A stretch of DNA of 64,000 nucleotides. It comes from Octopus sinensis. Lineage: Eukaryota. Each line of letters starts with the position of its first letter. The first letter of the stretch is position 1. The notes beneath the pieces are model-generated. The model searched no databases. It was not told the origin of the DNA and saw only the letters and a program-made list of their open reading frames with translations. Shown in pieces: positions 25,663 through 39,479 of the stretch. The stretch covers positions 99,076,001-99,140,000 of the forward strand of contig NC_042997.1 in the NCBI RefSeq assembly GCF_006345805.1, given 5' to 3'. The position numbers and the translations under genes were made by a program.

Positions 25663-27899
25663 GTAAGTGATCCAAATATTATTGCACCAAGGCACCAGAA
25701 AACGAAATATCATTCAATCGAAAGTTGCAAACGGAGTTAGATTATAAAGAGAAATTTAAATGCGAGCAGAATGATTTAGCCAAAATTTCATGAAGACGAT
25801 AGTGTTATAATTTGTGATGTACACGTGATGATGATTCAGGAAGATAGTATTTGAAGAAAAACTACTAAATTCAAAAATGAAAATTATTTCCGGTAAATTT
25901 CGGAGATACTGAATTTATTGGAAACAGGAAAGTAAGTGCATAACAAACTTTAAATCAAGGACAAATGGTGGTAATTTTATCTGTAGATGACATGGTGAAG
26001 ACTTATTAGGGTAGTTCTGTCGTTAGTTAAAATGAATTGCTCTGAGTTAGAGTGGTTTTATCGTTAACTAAATAAAAATGGCAATAAAGAGGGGAGTTTG
26101 ATCGTCGAGTGACTAGATAAAGAAGAAAAAATTTATGGTAATTCTTCAGTCAGATAAGAAAATAAAGTAAAGAGAATGAGAATATTTTTACCGTAGTATA
26201 ACAAAGAGGACCGATCATTGTCTACAAAACATGTAAATTTTTCATGTTTCAATGATTTACGATAGGCATTATAAAAGTTAGCTTTCATTTCTAAATTTCT
26301 CAGATGATTTATTTTAATTTTTATTCATATTATTCTACTGCGGTTTACACGTGTAACGCATTAAGTAGGAAGCGAAATCGAGATTATAACTTAGAATACG
26401 AATGTTTTTATTATTATTTCTATTAGTTGTACGACAATTGTCTGATAATATGGAACTAAATCAGATACAATACATGCAAAATTTATATTATTAATATTCT
26501 TTTTAAGACAATTGTATGATGAATAAATATTATAAAGTAAGTGATGTATCCAGAGATTAGTAGTGAGACTACGGTACTCCTTTCACAGGGACTGAGCGTT
26601 CAAGCCAGTTATAGGTACTTTTCTCAAATATGAATATAAAGAGATATTAAAGTGCACCAGCAGTTTTAAAACTTCACGAATATAGTCTTACCGAAGCAGG
26701 TAGATAAAATCCAGATAATACAGATACATAACGTCTTCCATTTTGTCCCATATTTAGGATCGTTGTCTTTAAGTAGAACAAGTGAAATGTACACAAAAAG
26801 AATATAGTTTGAAAATATTTTCTCACCTACGACGGCACGTTCAGAACTACATCAATGAACTTTACAAATCTCAAGCATAAAAGAATTAAGGAAGAACGTG
26901 TTTTTTTTAAAGACTATATATATTTCATAGCATCCTATAAATTTCCAGAATGCATACACTCTTATAAGACAACAGTGATATTTTCCATAGGCGCAACTGG
27001 TCTTTATAAGACATGGTTTTAGAAATACATTAAGAGTTCGTTTTCTTTAAAAAGAATAAAATACATCTCAAAAATCATGCATAAAACGTTCAAGGTCAAC
27101 GAATGGTATGTGAAAATACTCTTAGAAAGTTAATTGCCGTTATTATTATCCTGAGGGTCGTTTTAATCTACTGATTTGCAATTTGTCAAAGCTTTTGAAG
27201 AGGAGATGTATCGTTTAAATTGTACCAGTTTTAGTTGTAATGATATGAACTTTCTTAAATATATATATGTGTGTGTATGTATGTATGTATGAATGTATGT
27301 ATGTATGTATGTATGTATGTATGTTTGTATGTATGTATGTATGTATGTATGTATGTATGTATATGTATGTATGTATGTATGTATGTATTCATGTATGTAT
27401 ATACCATTTAACAAGCAAGTCGATGAAATAGTTTCAGTTCACTTCTGCCCACCATTATCATCTTTTGGCATTACTATATCTGTAATTCGTGCATTGTCAT
27501 TTTTTCATGGAAACTGAAATCTGGTGCCATTTCTGTGTGGTAAATTTCAATTCTGTTCTAGCATTGTCACTTTCTAAGGAGTTTATATCAATTTCATATG
27601 ATCGTCATTCAGCTGGTTTTCGAAGAGGCTGGAAATGGTCTGCCAGACGCATATAGAGCAGTTTTGCTACTGACCTATTCAAACTGGATTTATTATTATC
27701 GTTGGTGTTGTTTTTTTTTTGCCATTATTAGATTTATTGCTATTGCTGTCTTTTCTTATATTCGTTATTTTTATCATCATCATCAGCATCATCATCATTA
27801 TTATTGTCATCATCATCATCAGCATCAGCATCACTATTATTATCATTATTAATATTGTCATCATCAAAATCATCATCATGTTTCATTTTGTTATGCTGT

Positions 27900-28720
27900 G
27901 AGGATTGATCTGGTTTGACGTTGTGTTATTATTACTTGTGTTCCTTTTGTATTATTCAGCTGTGATTGTGCAAAATATGTATTGTGTGACTTGTGTTATT
28001 TAATTATCATGATTTGTGGATGTTTTCTGACTTGGTGAAGACTGGGAAGCCGGAAATAGAGTAGTCTATTGTTTGTTTACATTGGCTGCGCAGACCGCAG
28101 TTGATGTTAGACTCTTGTTTTGTAATCATATTTTGATAGATGCTGTCGTTAAATATTGATCTCAAGCAGCTAACATCATACCTTCCGTTTCTGCCTTTAG
28201 TATAGGGGTATTCAGCCATTGCTGAATTTCATATTAGCACATTTACTCTATGTGGAATCAGAACATCGCATGTTATATTTTTTACGTTTCCATTTTCTAT
28301 GATTCCAAGTTCCATTTTGATTACATTTAATATATCAGTTTACGAGTTTTTAACGTTTCTCTTCATTTAAATCCTTAATGTACTTAAAATTTGAATTCCA
28401 TTATATAATTTTAAAGCCTTTTTCTGTTCTCTTTTCAATGCTGCCTAATTCTACTAATCTGTGTATTGTTATTATCACTATTGCTATTTCCATTTATTAT
28501 TAAAAGATTTTATTAAATATTCTATACTTTCAACTTTTGTCCTGTACATGAGATAATCGTAAATATATGGTTGTTGGGGGAAGAGTAGCAGCTTGGTGAA
28601 TAGATCAAATCCTACAGGTCTATAAATAGATTCGGCAAATGGTGGGTAGTTCAGCCATAGAGACAAAAGAATTTTCGCATTCTTCTGGTCCGCAGAGTTC
28701 AAATGTGTTTACTACTACCA
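27900..28720 (-). mobile_element. Decayed R4/Dong-like LINE 3' fragment
   Basis: The minus strand reads QWLNTPILKAETEGMMLAA*DQ...YQNMITK..NC....QTIDYSISGFPV. It is followed by an (AAT/GAT)n tract at 27690-27890. Confidence 0.8.
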
Positions 28721-28830
28721 GCGACCAGTGAGAGCGCTGCCCTTGGCCTTGAAAAGAAGCAATTCAACCTGTTTCATTTGTAATTACTGGTAGAAAAAAC
28801 AATAATATATATATATATATATATACTTCA

Positions 28831-28922
28831 TTTAAAGCAGCAGAAAATTCTACAAAACCTGTTACTCTGAGTTTCGCGTTGCTCAGATTAACAGGTTTTA
28901 TAGAATTTCCTGCTGCTTTAAA
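28831..28922. repeat. 41-bp-arm hairpin with 10-nt loop
   Basis: tttaaagcagcagaaaattctacaaaacctgttactctgag versus the reverse complement of 28882-28922, 3 mismatches. Confidence 0.85.
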
Positions 28923-29072
28923 TAAATCATATTACTCTACCACTGGTATTTGAGTACACTTTTTTTCCACCTTGTTTCACATTTATGTATTTACTCCGGT
29001 GTATATATATATATATATATATAATGATATGCACATACACACACGAACACACACACACACATACACACACAC

Positions 29073-29107
<35 letters not shown>

Positions 29108-29117
29108 GTGATATTTA

Positions 29118-30005
29118 CGTCGTTGAATTTTTGAATTTCTGAATTCAATTGTGTTGTTGCAAAAAAACCTATTTTTACATATTAGGGTAGTCAGGGATAA
29201 GCTTCATACAAAATTTAATATATTAAAGTTTTGTTTTAAATCTGATCGTTTATGTGTTCGAAAGCTGTAGGTATGTAAGTTTCCTAATTTATTTTGAGAT
29301 CTTTTTAAAATATTCACAGGATATTGTATATATTCCAGTCTTTGGGAATAGTAGGAGGAAGAGCTGTTCTCGTTGAATTTTTGAATTTTTTAATTTCCTA
29401 TTCTTTTTCTTTGGGAATTTCTCTTTTCTTTTTAAAAGTTTTGCTGTGGTTTACAGTTTTTGTAGTTGTACAGTATATTTGTTATCCTGAATTTAATCGT
29501 GTTGTTACAATAAAAGGCATGTTTCATATTCCGGTAGTCAGGGGAAAAGAAAAGATAAACTATTCACACAAAACTGGAGATATTAAAGTTTCTAAATTTC
29601 TTTTGAGATGTTCGTTTGTATGTCCTTTCAGAGAAGACTGTAGTGTTTTTGCAATAAAAGGGTGTTTACATTTTTGAATACTCCGGGAGAAAGGAAAGGA
29701 AAGCAAACGAAGGTAAACATTTTCACAGAAAATTGTAGACATTAAGGATTTAAAATTTATTGGAGATGATCTTTTGTCTGTCCGAACAGAGAAAACAATA
29801 GCGTTCTTGGAATAAAGATGATGTTTACATTTTCGAATACTCAGGGAGAAGGGAAAGGATAGGTATTCACAGAAGTTGTAAATATCAAAGATTTTAAAGC
29901 TGATCCTTTAGGTGTTCGAAAACTGTAGATATGTAATTTTCTTAACTTATTTTGAAGAAAATTCAACATACTCACTGACAGTTATTCATATTCCAGTCTT
30001 TTAGA
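29118..30005. repeat. Diverged tandem array of ~170-230-bp units
   Basis: Recurring blocks: cgttgaatttttgaattt, gtagtcaggg/atactc(c/a)gggagaa, gtgttcgaaa(g/a)ctgtag and atattccagtcttt. Confidence 0.65.
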
Positions 30006-30102
30006 GTTATTTTTCAGTTGTCCTACTGGTATGTATTAGTGTTTCTGTGTCCTTAGCTGTTGACAGGTCAGAACAGCGAAAAACACGTCCATCCGATTAT
30101 TC

Positions 30103-30166
<64 letters not shown>

Positions 30167-30201
30167 GTTGTTGTTTTTGTTGCAGTTGTTGTTTTTATTA
30201 T

Positions 30202-30510
30202 TAATGTGAGGACGTATGGTCTACTGGTTAGAGTGTTGCACTCACAATCGCTAGATCGTGATTTCAATTCCTAGGTCGGCTAGTGTGTTGTGTTCTTGAA
30301 TAAAAACATGTCATTTCACGTTGCTCTGTGATCACTTTCACACTTGACCCGTGGAACATCGTGCACCTGTTCAGGCAAGATCGATTTGATGGAGAGAGTG
30401 GGCTAACGTGCGGCACGAACATTTGATCCCTATATAGAAATCATTTGTACAGGTCGTTCGGCAAAATGCTGAACGTTCATACGCTGTAAATGACGGGAGA
30501 GTCCATCATT
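30202..30510 (+). mobile_element. tRNA-derived SINE, family E
   Basis: Head tggtctactggttagagtg...tttcaattcc followed by gtgttgtgttcttga...tttcacgttgctc. Flanked by ATT tracts. Confidence 0.8.
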
Positions 30511-31521
30511 ATTATTGTTATTATTAATAATAATAATATTATTGTAAGCGTGTAAAAAGAAAAAGATAATGCTGATGATGATGAAGATGTTTTTGGTATA
30601 GTGGTGGTATTGGTGGTGGTGGTGGTCGTCGTCGTCGTCGTGACTGTGGTCGCTTTACATGTATATATTTATGTGTGCATATAACCAATTTTTGTTAGAA
30701 ACGACAAACCATTTCATTCGGATATATACTATATTTGTTCGACCACAGATGCTCCTTTGTCATCTTGCCACAGTAAATCTAATACCTCTTTGGGAAAATA
30801 TAACCAAGGAGCCAATTATTTACAAATTGTGATACAAAATAAATTTTAAAATAATGAAAGTCAACATATGCTACTTAAGAATTCTAATCTCTAAGAAGAG
30901 TTTATAATTCATGATCTAATCCCGTTAGACTTGAAAAAGTACAAGCACGTCTTTTGTTGGCTTATTGCTAAAAATAAAATGAGGCAAATGTAATTAATAC
31001 TCACGTTATGGACCACACCGGTTTGGGAAATTATCAGCTTCTTCAGAACTGTAAAATAATTTTTAAAATATATGTTACTGTAATATATCTAACAAGCGAG
31101 AAATTGTAGTTATTTCATATTTTTTAATCAAAGGTGTTAATGTATTATACGATTATCCACTACAAACCATTGATTATATTTAACTCTATCAATGAAATAA
31201 GCGTATACACCTTCTCTCCGACTTAGGACCGAATTCCGTTTCGACTGACAGGTCGTAAGTCGATCTGATCGTATGTAGGATTAATATTTTTCAACACTAT
31301 TTTCATTCAAACGCAACAGATGTTTGAAAGCGACTGAGTGAAAGACAGTGACAAGTAGTGGATGCCTGGGTTTGAGGGAGGCTTGCATTGCCAGATACTG
31401 CTATAGTTAGCATACGTGCAGTTGCCCAACGTCAGGAAATTTATTTATTGTGGTTTTAAGTGCGGGTGGTCGTAGGTCGCATAATACGTAAATCGAGAAG
31501 AAGGTATATATATATATATAT

Positions 31522-31863
31522 TCTGAGACCCACTTTGGTCACGACACAGACCTTGGGATTGCACCTAGAAAGTTAACCTTCCAGACACAAGTCCGGGCAA
31601 GGTTCTTTATGGAAGACCAGCAGTCGCCAATGCATACCGGCCTCCCCTCTCCACGCCACCACTGTTATCCAAGAGAAAGACAAGGGCCGATACAGCTTGG
31701 TACCTGTGACGTCTTAACTCATTTCTACAACTTAGTGAACTGGAGCAACGTGAAATAAAGTTTCTTGCTCAAGAACACAACACGCAGCCCAGTCCGGGAT
31801 TCGAGCTCACAACCTCACGATCGTAAACTTGACGCTCTAACCAGTGAACCATGCGCCTTCACC
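31522..31863 (-). mobile_element. tRNA-derived SINE, family C
   Basis: The minus head reads gaaggcgcatggttcactggttagagcg...gctcgaatcccgg, then gtgttgtgttcttgagcaag. Confidence 0.9.
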
Positions 31864-31988
<125 letters not shown>

Positions 31989-32029
31989 AGAAAGTTGGTT
32001 TGTGAAAGCACGTGGGTGAATATATAAAA

Positions 32030-32423
32030 AAATAGTAAAGAGTGAAAAAACGACAGAAGGCTTAAATGTTAAAAAATATATATATTTGCGTCAATATGTC
32101 TGAAGAATATTAGAAAATTTTTAAAAAAAATTTTTTTTTTTTTTTCCTTTATAATGACATAATTTTTAAAGAAAGACCGGTTTCGCATTTAGCTTTTCAA
32201 ATTTCTTGTGACGTTATGTTTATGTTTATTAAACATAAACATAACGTCACAAGAAATTTGAAAAGCTAAATGCGAAACCGGTCTTTCTTTAAAAATTATG
32301 TCATTATAAAGGAAAAAAAAAATTTTGTTTTTTAATTTTCTAATATTCTTCAGACATATTGACGCAAATATATATATTTTTTAACATTTAAGCCTTCTGT
32401 CGTTTTTTCACTCTTTACTATTA
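32030..32423. repeat. Near-perfect ~390-bp palindrome with 1-nt spacer
   Basis: Centre at T32229. Arms 32030-32228 and 32230-32423 are identical except within one poly-A/T tract. Confidence 0.95.
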
Positions 32424-32679
32424 TATATATATATATATATAGTCTTACTGAACTATACAGTTAGAATATACACATACCAGCCAGTTGAGAGGAAGATAGC
32501 AGTATGTAGCATTCCAAATAAACAATCGGGTGCGAGCATATTCGACGTTTAGAGTATGAAAAAGTAACGGAAAATAGTACCTGTGGTAAAAAAAACTCTA
32601 TTCGTAATGGGAGCAATTTAGTGCAATGTGTGAATGATTTTGTGCAACTTAAGTAAATGTATCCTATAATTACAGAAAT

Positions 32680-33440
32680 TGAGGTGAGGGAAATAATTCA
32701 GGTAGGTCAATGACATGGATTTAATTTAGGTAAGTGATGTTATTCTTAATGACGCATGTCATTAAGTACTTATTGACATTAATGTAATTAATGAATTGAA
32801 ATCTACCTTATATTTGGAGGAAGAAAACACATACCTAACGGTAATTGATAGTGAATTTCAAAGAAAAGGAAAGATAATTTCAAGAAATTAAGAATCAATT
32901 TTACAGAAAATAGAACTTTCGTATATAATGGAGAAATCTTCATATGAAAGTAGACAAAGTTACAGACATGTTTTTGATTGACTAAACATTATCAGCCAAA
33001 CAAATTTCTTAAGTTTGCTTTGTTCAGGGAAAATGGACAGTTAGAAGTAAAATATATTTTGGTTGCAGTTTCCATAATAACGGAACATAATCTCATGAGA
33101 ACTCAATTGGAGTAGTGGCTGAATTGATATAGTTCAGGTAAGTGTTGATGCACGTAATAAAATACACAGAAAATCCTAATGAAGTATAATTTGCCTCTAG
33201 TTGAGAAAAAGAAAATAAAAGGCTAAAATTAACTGACAGTGACTCGCAAAGAGGAGATAATTATAAGAAATTAAAAATTGATTCTACAGAAAATTGAATT
33301 TTCATGCTTAGGAAAACAAATTTAATTTTTGTTAGTAGAAAACCCTCATCATTGGTTATCTGTAATTATTTTTTATCTTCTTTCTCCAAGTAAGAGGCAA
33401 ATTTCTATTCATTAAGATTTTTGGTGTACTTAATTAATTA
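32680..33440. repeat. Old repeat with direct and inverted internal copies
   Basis: ~32810-32925 recurs diverged at ~33195-33305, and ~32760-32850 recurs inverted at ~33330-33440. Confidence 0.55.
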
Positions 33441-34587
33441 CATCAAGATTTAATTGTATTCCATCACTTGGTTTCAACAGTATTCAGAATAAATTGGTTT
33501 AATAAAGATCACTGGAAATAGTGCAGAAAGTTGAGTGTAAGACAAACTGTCGAAATGTACTTTTTCAACCTGATTATAGTAGAATTTCCGTTTCTCGTTG
33601 TCTTATATAATCTTGTAGCCGATGGTATCTGCTTCAGTACTACAATACTTTTGAACTAGTTGTCTACAGTTTCCTCCTTCAAATGGGGAAACATTTTATT
33701 GCATGAAACTAAATCAATGCTTTGCATGTTCGAGAAAATGGAGATTAAAATCTCTTATTTTGGCGAATAGAAATTTACGACACAGGCGTCTGGCTTATCC
33801 AAAATATGTTAAGAATTTCCATACTGTGAATGTTGCAAACGATAGGGTGAGCAAGCACCAACTATCTTCAATTCCATGTCATATCAGTTTTACAACATTT
33901 GTGTCATTAACGCCTGTGCAAACTGCATTAGTGCCAGAATTAGATTACTCATTAACATTTCAGTTGGCTTTTGTTTATCACCTGGGATAATTAAAATATT
34001 ACTTTTTGACGAGGATAAAGGCAATGTACTTTTATTCAATTAGTTAAAAACATATATTGTAAACGTGCTAAATTTCCCAGTGATCTCTAGAGACTGAAAT
34101 GAAAAGAAATGATTTCAAACCATGATAGAAAGTTGGATGTGGTCTGAGCTTACTGTGAGATTGATTAGTTTTGTATCTACAATGCTTGACACAGAGATAA
34201 GTGGAATATTGATTTCTTATATATGCATTAGGCCCATTTACTGGAGGGGTGGGACTCTAGTCGATCGAATCAATCCAGTAGTTATGTTACGAAACTTGGA
34301 AGGCTGAAATTAATCCCCCAAGAATTCGAAAAGCGATCATAGGAGGTAGCAATCGCATACTTTCAGACAGCTAGTTGTGTGCCATTTTGCCAACCATCAG
34401 ATAACGAATATCGATTGAACACCAAGCCAGTTAATTTACTACGTACTACATTTTTCTTTAGTAGAAATCGTGATTAACTGACAGTTGTTTATCCTAATGA
34501 CTTTCGAATATATTATCGTCTTGCTAATAGGTGTTCTAGATATAGTACTCCATAACATATATCTGTATACACACACAACACACACAC

Positions 34588-34645
<58 letters not shown>

Positions 34646-34647
34646 AG

Positions 34648-34687
<40 letters not shown>

Positions 34688-37145
34688 AGTATATATATAA
34701 GTATATATATATATATATATATATATGAAAAATCTAAGCTTAAGCCATTTAAGCAACCTTTCCCCCAAAAGCGACGTAAACAAAGAAACCAAAAACAATA
34801 GAATGATGAGAAAAGACAGCTAATGAAAATTAATTAAATACGTACGAAGGTAATTTATCTTTAGATTAGGTTATCTCTAGCAATATAAAGGAACATTCGA
34901 TAATTTATTTTAAAAGGCATTAAATTGTGTTTCTTCAATTATTTTAGATGAATTATTGTAAATATTGATGAGAAAATTTAACTGTAAAACTAATTTTTTA
35001 CTGACTTTTTTCTTTTCTTTGTCGACATAATGTTTCAAACGATTTGCTTTCTGCTTGCTATCTATGTTTCTGCATGAGCTAGAACTATGAGGCAGACTCA
35101 ATGCTGTCAGATTTATCAGTCTATCTCTCTTAGTCACCGATTTCATTGTAATGTCCATTCATCACATCTCCGCTTCTCATTAGATGGCATGAAACTACTT
35201 TAAAATGTACGTATGAAATTATTTTTGTCTTTCCGCTTTCGAACACATACCAACTTCTTAATGTGCAAAAACTCTCATATTTTATGTAAAATAGTGCATT
35301 TTTATTTTATTATGTTCGGCTTCGACTCTAAAGAGTCCGACATTATATGTATGTGACTATATTCATGTGACCCGCATAATCATAAATATAATGCATCGAT
35401 GGATGGTGAAAATTAATTCATTTTTCTAGGACTGTTTTGCCAGTGGCATAATAAATAGCAATAAAGTTACAATGCATAAAAACAGTCCGAAAAATTAATT
35501 TCCCTAATACTTTGTTTATTTTGGAAAAAACTAATACAATATAAAGCTTGAAAACATAAAATACATAACACATTTCTGAATTTTAATCATTTCATTAAGC
35601 GTATGTTTCTTATACATACACAAACTCTCAACTCATCATAAAACTTGTGTGTGTGTCTTTGTGTGCGTGCCTGGTGCGCGCGTGTGTATGTGTTTATCTT
35701 CAGTGAATAAAAGAATTTAATTGACGTTCACCTTCCATTTTTACGGGACCTGCCGAAGCCATTGAAAAAAGATCAAATTCAACAAGCTTTATTCAGTTTA
35801 TTGTTCTATTCATTTGGAAAATTACTCTATTCAGCAGTAGCTGACGCAAAGTAAAGAATCAGGAAAAATGTGTATCTCCCTTGAACAACTGTTATGACGT
35901 AACACTTCCACTGTACTATAAATGTAATCTATAGGGCTTTGGACAGTTACATGCTAACAAGGCAAATGCATGGTTTTATAAATATTGATCCGACCTCTAT
36001 ACACGCAGGGGTTGGTAGTATTTTTGAGCGAGAAAAACTAAATTTAATATGATCAATTTGAATGAGTTTTGTTTTACAATGTGTGAACTTCCGTAGAGAT
36101 GTGATGAATTGAGATAACAATTTTAACGACGTAGAAAGCTAACATCCAGGCTGCCTTTCATAAACGAACGGAGACGACGAATAAAAAGCAAATTGTCGTG
36201 ATCATGTAGCTGCTGCTGCTGCTGCTGCTGCTTCCGCTGCAGCTGCTGTTGTTGCTGTTTTTGTTTTTGAGATTTTACTCCTCGTTTAGCCCTTATCCAT
36301 TAAAACAGTTTCCTATCCTGTCGTTTGCGGATCACTAAAGTTACAAAGCTAGTACAGGGGGCCGGTGAGCTGTGTTCAAAATCTTAAAAGTTGCTGTGTA
36401 AAATGTACAGATACTCAAAATTGGAACTGCAAATTTATAATTATTTAATAGACAAACTCAGTAGACAGACAATGCAAAATCTTAGGGACTGCAGCAAAAT
36501 TCGTTTAGATAAATCTTCTTAATAGTTAAAATGTTATGAATCACTGGATTAGACCTATAATCAAAGACGTTTCGTGGTGCTTATTCTTTCATTTTCTAAC
36601 AAGAGAATACATTATCTAATATGTCATTTTATTTGTAAGACTTTAGGGTATAATTTGGGTTGAATAAACATACAGAGACTGATATGTTAGCTCGTGTAAC
36701 GTTCATGTCTTTTCCAATATGGTTGTAAGCACGAGTAATGTTTCTCTACTTCAAGAGTTGATTGGAAATAATCACTTTGAATATGTATAAATGTTTTTTT
36801 CTAACATAAGCCGAAGGCGACAAATTAGTAGAGTGGGGTACAGATCCTAGTGTATTCACATTACATTTCTGATTTCCTTATTTCAAGCATGGTAACGAAA
36901 TATAAATTTGACATTATATGCATTTGAATAGAGATTGGCAAAATAAAACAGACAATATAGCATGATACTAACGAACTACAGTTGCATAATCTTCAACATA
37001 GATTAAATGATTTAAGCAATATTTTATTAGAAAAAATCCAATATTAAAGATAATTGAATCTAGATTCTGATACAGCGATATACAAACACACACACACATA
37101 TACGCATACATACACACGTAAATACACACATACACACACTCACAC

Positions 37146-37189
<44 letters not shown>

Positions 37190-37764
37190 TGAGGATTTGG
37201 GTGACTACATTATTGTTTAACAAAAGATCAATATGTAAATATCCTGGAAGAGCCATTTCGAGTTTAGCCATCGTTATATTTCGTTTCCACAGTTATGATA
37301 ATACTATATAGTTGCTGATGAGTCATCTCTGTATATATATAGTATTAATCAATAAAACAACATTAATGTATCTCCTGCAGATGGGTTGACGGTGTCAATG
37401 TTTTTATATTTTTCCTAACAGGATATATTCCTTTCTATACAACAGCCTTAACAAACAGCATACACAGAATGGCATTGGAAGCCTTCCTACCCATATGACC
37501 TCTCTGTGGTGCACAATTACAGCACTAAGAGACTGGAGCTAGAAGAATATGCAGTACTAATGACAAGTCACTTGTGCCATAATAACCGGAATATCATAAG
37601 TCAATAAGCAATCAGATAAAGCCTTGATTAAACACTATGTTTTTTTTAATTTCAATATGTACATTGTTAATAGTGTAAATACAATTGATTTTGATACAGA
37701 GATTGTAGTGATATTAGTTTACATATGCATGCATCCATCCATACAAATGTACATATATGTGTGT

Positions 37765-37925
37765 ACGATGGAAATCTTTCAATTTCCGTCTACCACATTG
37801 AGTGACAAGGCTTTGATCGACCTGAGGCGATAGTAAAATCACTTGCGTAAGGTGTCCCGCAGTAGGACTAAACTCAGAACCGTGTGGAGGTAATCAAATT
37901 TTTTACCACACAGTCACGCCTGCGA
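37765..37925 (-). mobile_element. SINE family B, 5' part
   Basis: tttccgtctacca...caaggctttgatcg...accacacagtcacgcctgcg matches 56110-56228. Confidence 0.8.
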
Positions 37926-39479
37926 CTCCGTGATTTGTTTTTGCTATAAGGCCTTAGTTTATTATGAGAGCTCTTTCGTTTGACACTGTAGCAGCAGCAT
38001 CGGTAGAAATATGAGACATGTCTGCGGAACTTCGTTTCCTTCGTTTAACAGTTCAGCTAGATATGTGAATGGCTTTTGAATTGCTATAACAAATTCTTTG
38101 AAATCACAAGTTTAAAAAAACATCTTTGCATGGTTTACGGAAGAAAGAAAATGTTATTTTAGTTACTATAAAGACGGAAATTAAAAAAACCTCGCAGTTC
38201 GTGTCCCTCATAATTGCAGTAGCTGTACATGTTTAATAAGTAATTAGGTACAACATGAGACTCGACCTGACTTGTGAACTAAAATTAGGAAGAGCTTAAA
38301 TATCTTTATACACAACTCCTGAATATAAACGTGCGAATATTAAGTCGTGCACCTAAAAGCATTGGTATTCTTATTACATGATATATATTTAAAATACAAA
38401 TACCATTTGAGGATGAAACAATTTTTACCGACTCTGCTTGTTGGTCCTTAATAAAGATCATCGATTTTAAACTCCATCTACCACTTTTAACAATGTAAGT
38501 AAGATACGCGGCATGTAACAAAACTCCACTACTTAAATATCGGATAGACTCCTTAGACATTCTTGCGCTGCATTAAGCTAGAATCTAAATAGTAACGTTA
38601 TGCAATTCTTGTTGTTATCTGAGAAAGTAAAATATTACACGACTAAGGTTACTGGGGTATGTCAGTAACTTGAAACTGCAATCAAAGTTCAAAGAAATCA
38701 ATGCTTAATAAGTTGCTTTTTAAAGCTGCATCTCACAGTTGAAAGTCACTAATTAGATGTAGCGGTAGATTCATTAATAGCAACAAAAAACGAAACACAA
38801 AATAAACACATATGTAAAATAAGCCAACAAATATGCAAACTTTAATCGATGACACTAATTTTGTACTCTCACTGTATCTCACACGACATCAGAATCAAAT
38901 TATAAGCGAACTATTCAATCGATGTAAAGAAAAAGCCAATGATTAAAGGTTTTTAAACAGAAAATATCAACTGGAATGCAGGATATTGGTCGATATCAAT
39001 GATATAGGAATAGTATTTCGAATCGATGATTTTTATGTTTAGAATAAATTGAGGTAACAGTAATATATTAATTAGTTAATGGATATTTTTTGTAGATCAA
39101 ATAAATAATGAACCGTATATGAAAGTGTTAATACGTAGAAATAGGTGTATGTTATGTGCATGAAAATAAGGCTAGGTAAAATAAACAACCGAAGGTTTTT
39201 TTTTTTTTTACAGACTGTGCACATGTACATGTATGCGTTTGCGCTTGCATGTGTGTGTCTGTGTGTGGATGTCTCAGTGTGTGGATGTTTGTGAGTCTTT
39301 GGTTTATGCGTGAAAACGACATATATGATTTGTCCTTGAGCTGAATTAAACAGCCAGACATTCTTTCACCAGCTCTCGTGTGTGTGTAAGTATATATGGA
39401 AACACCTAGCATCATAGCATCATAATTTTGAGATATCTATGAAATTGTCAAAAGCGTGTTTATTTTTATGTTCTTTTTT

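Noticed and set aside
36120-36300. Poly-Q frame on the minus strand from (GCT)n
   Set aside because: Bounded by stops within ~55 codons, with no convincing splice sites or start.
37422-37610. Strong acceptor and a 51-codon open stretch (QTAYTEWHWKPSYPYDL...)
   Set aside because: A stop separates the acceptor from that frame, and there is no consensus donor.
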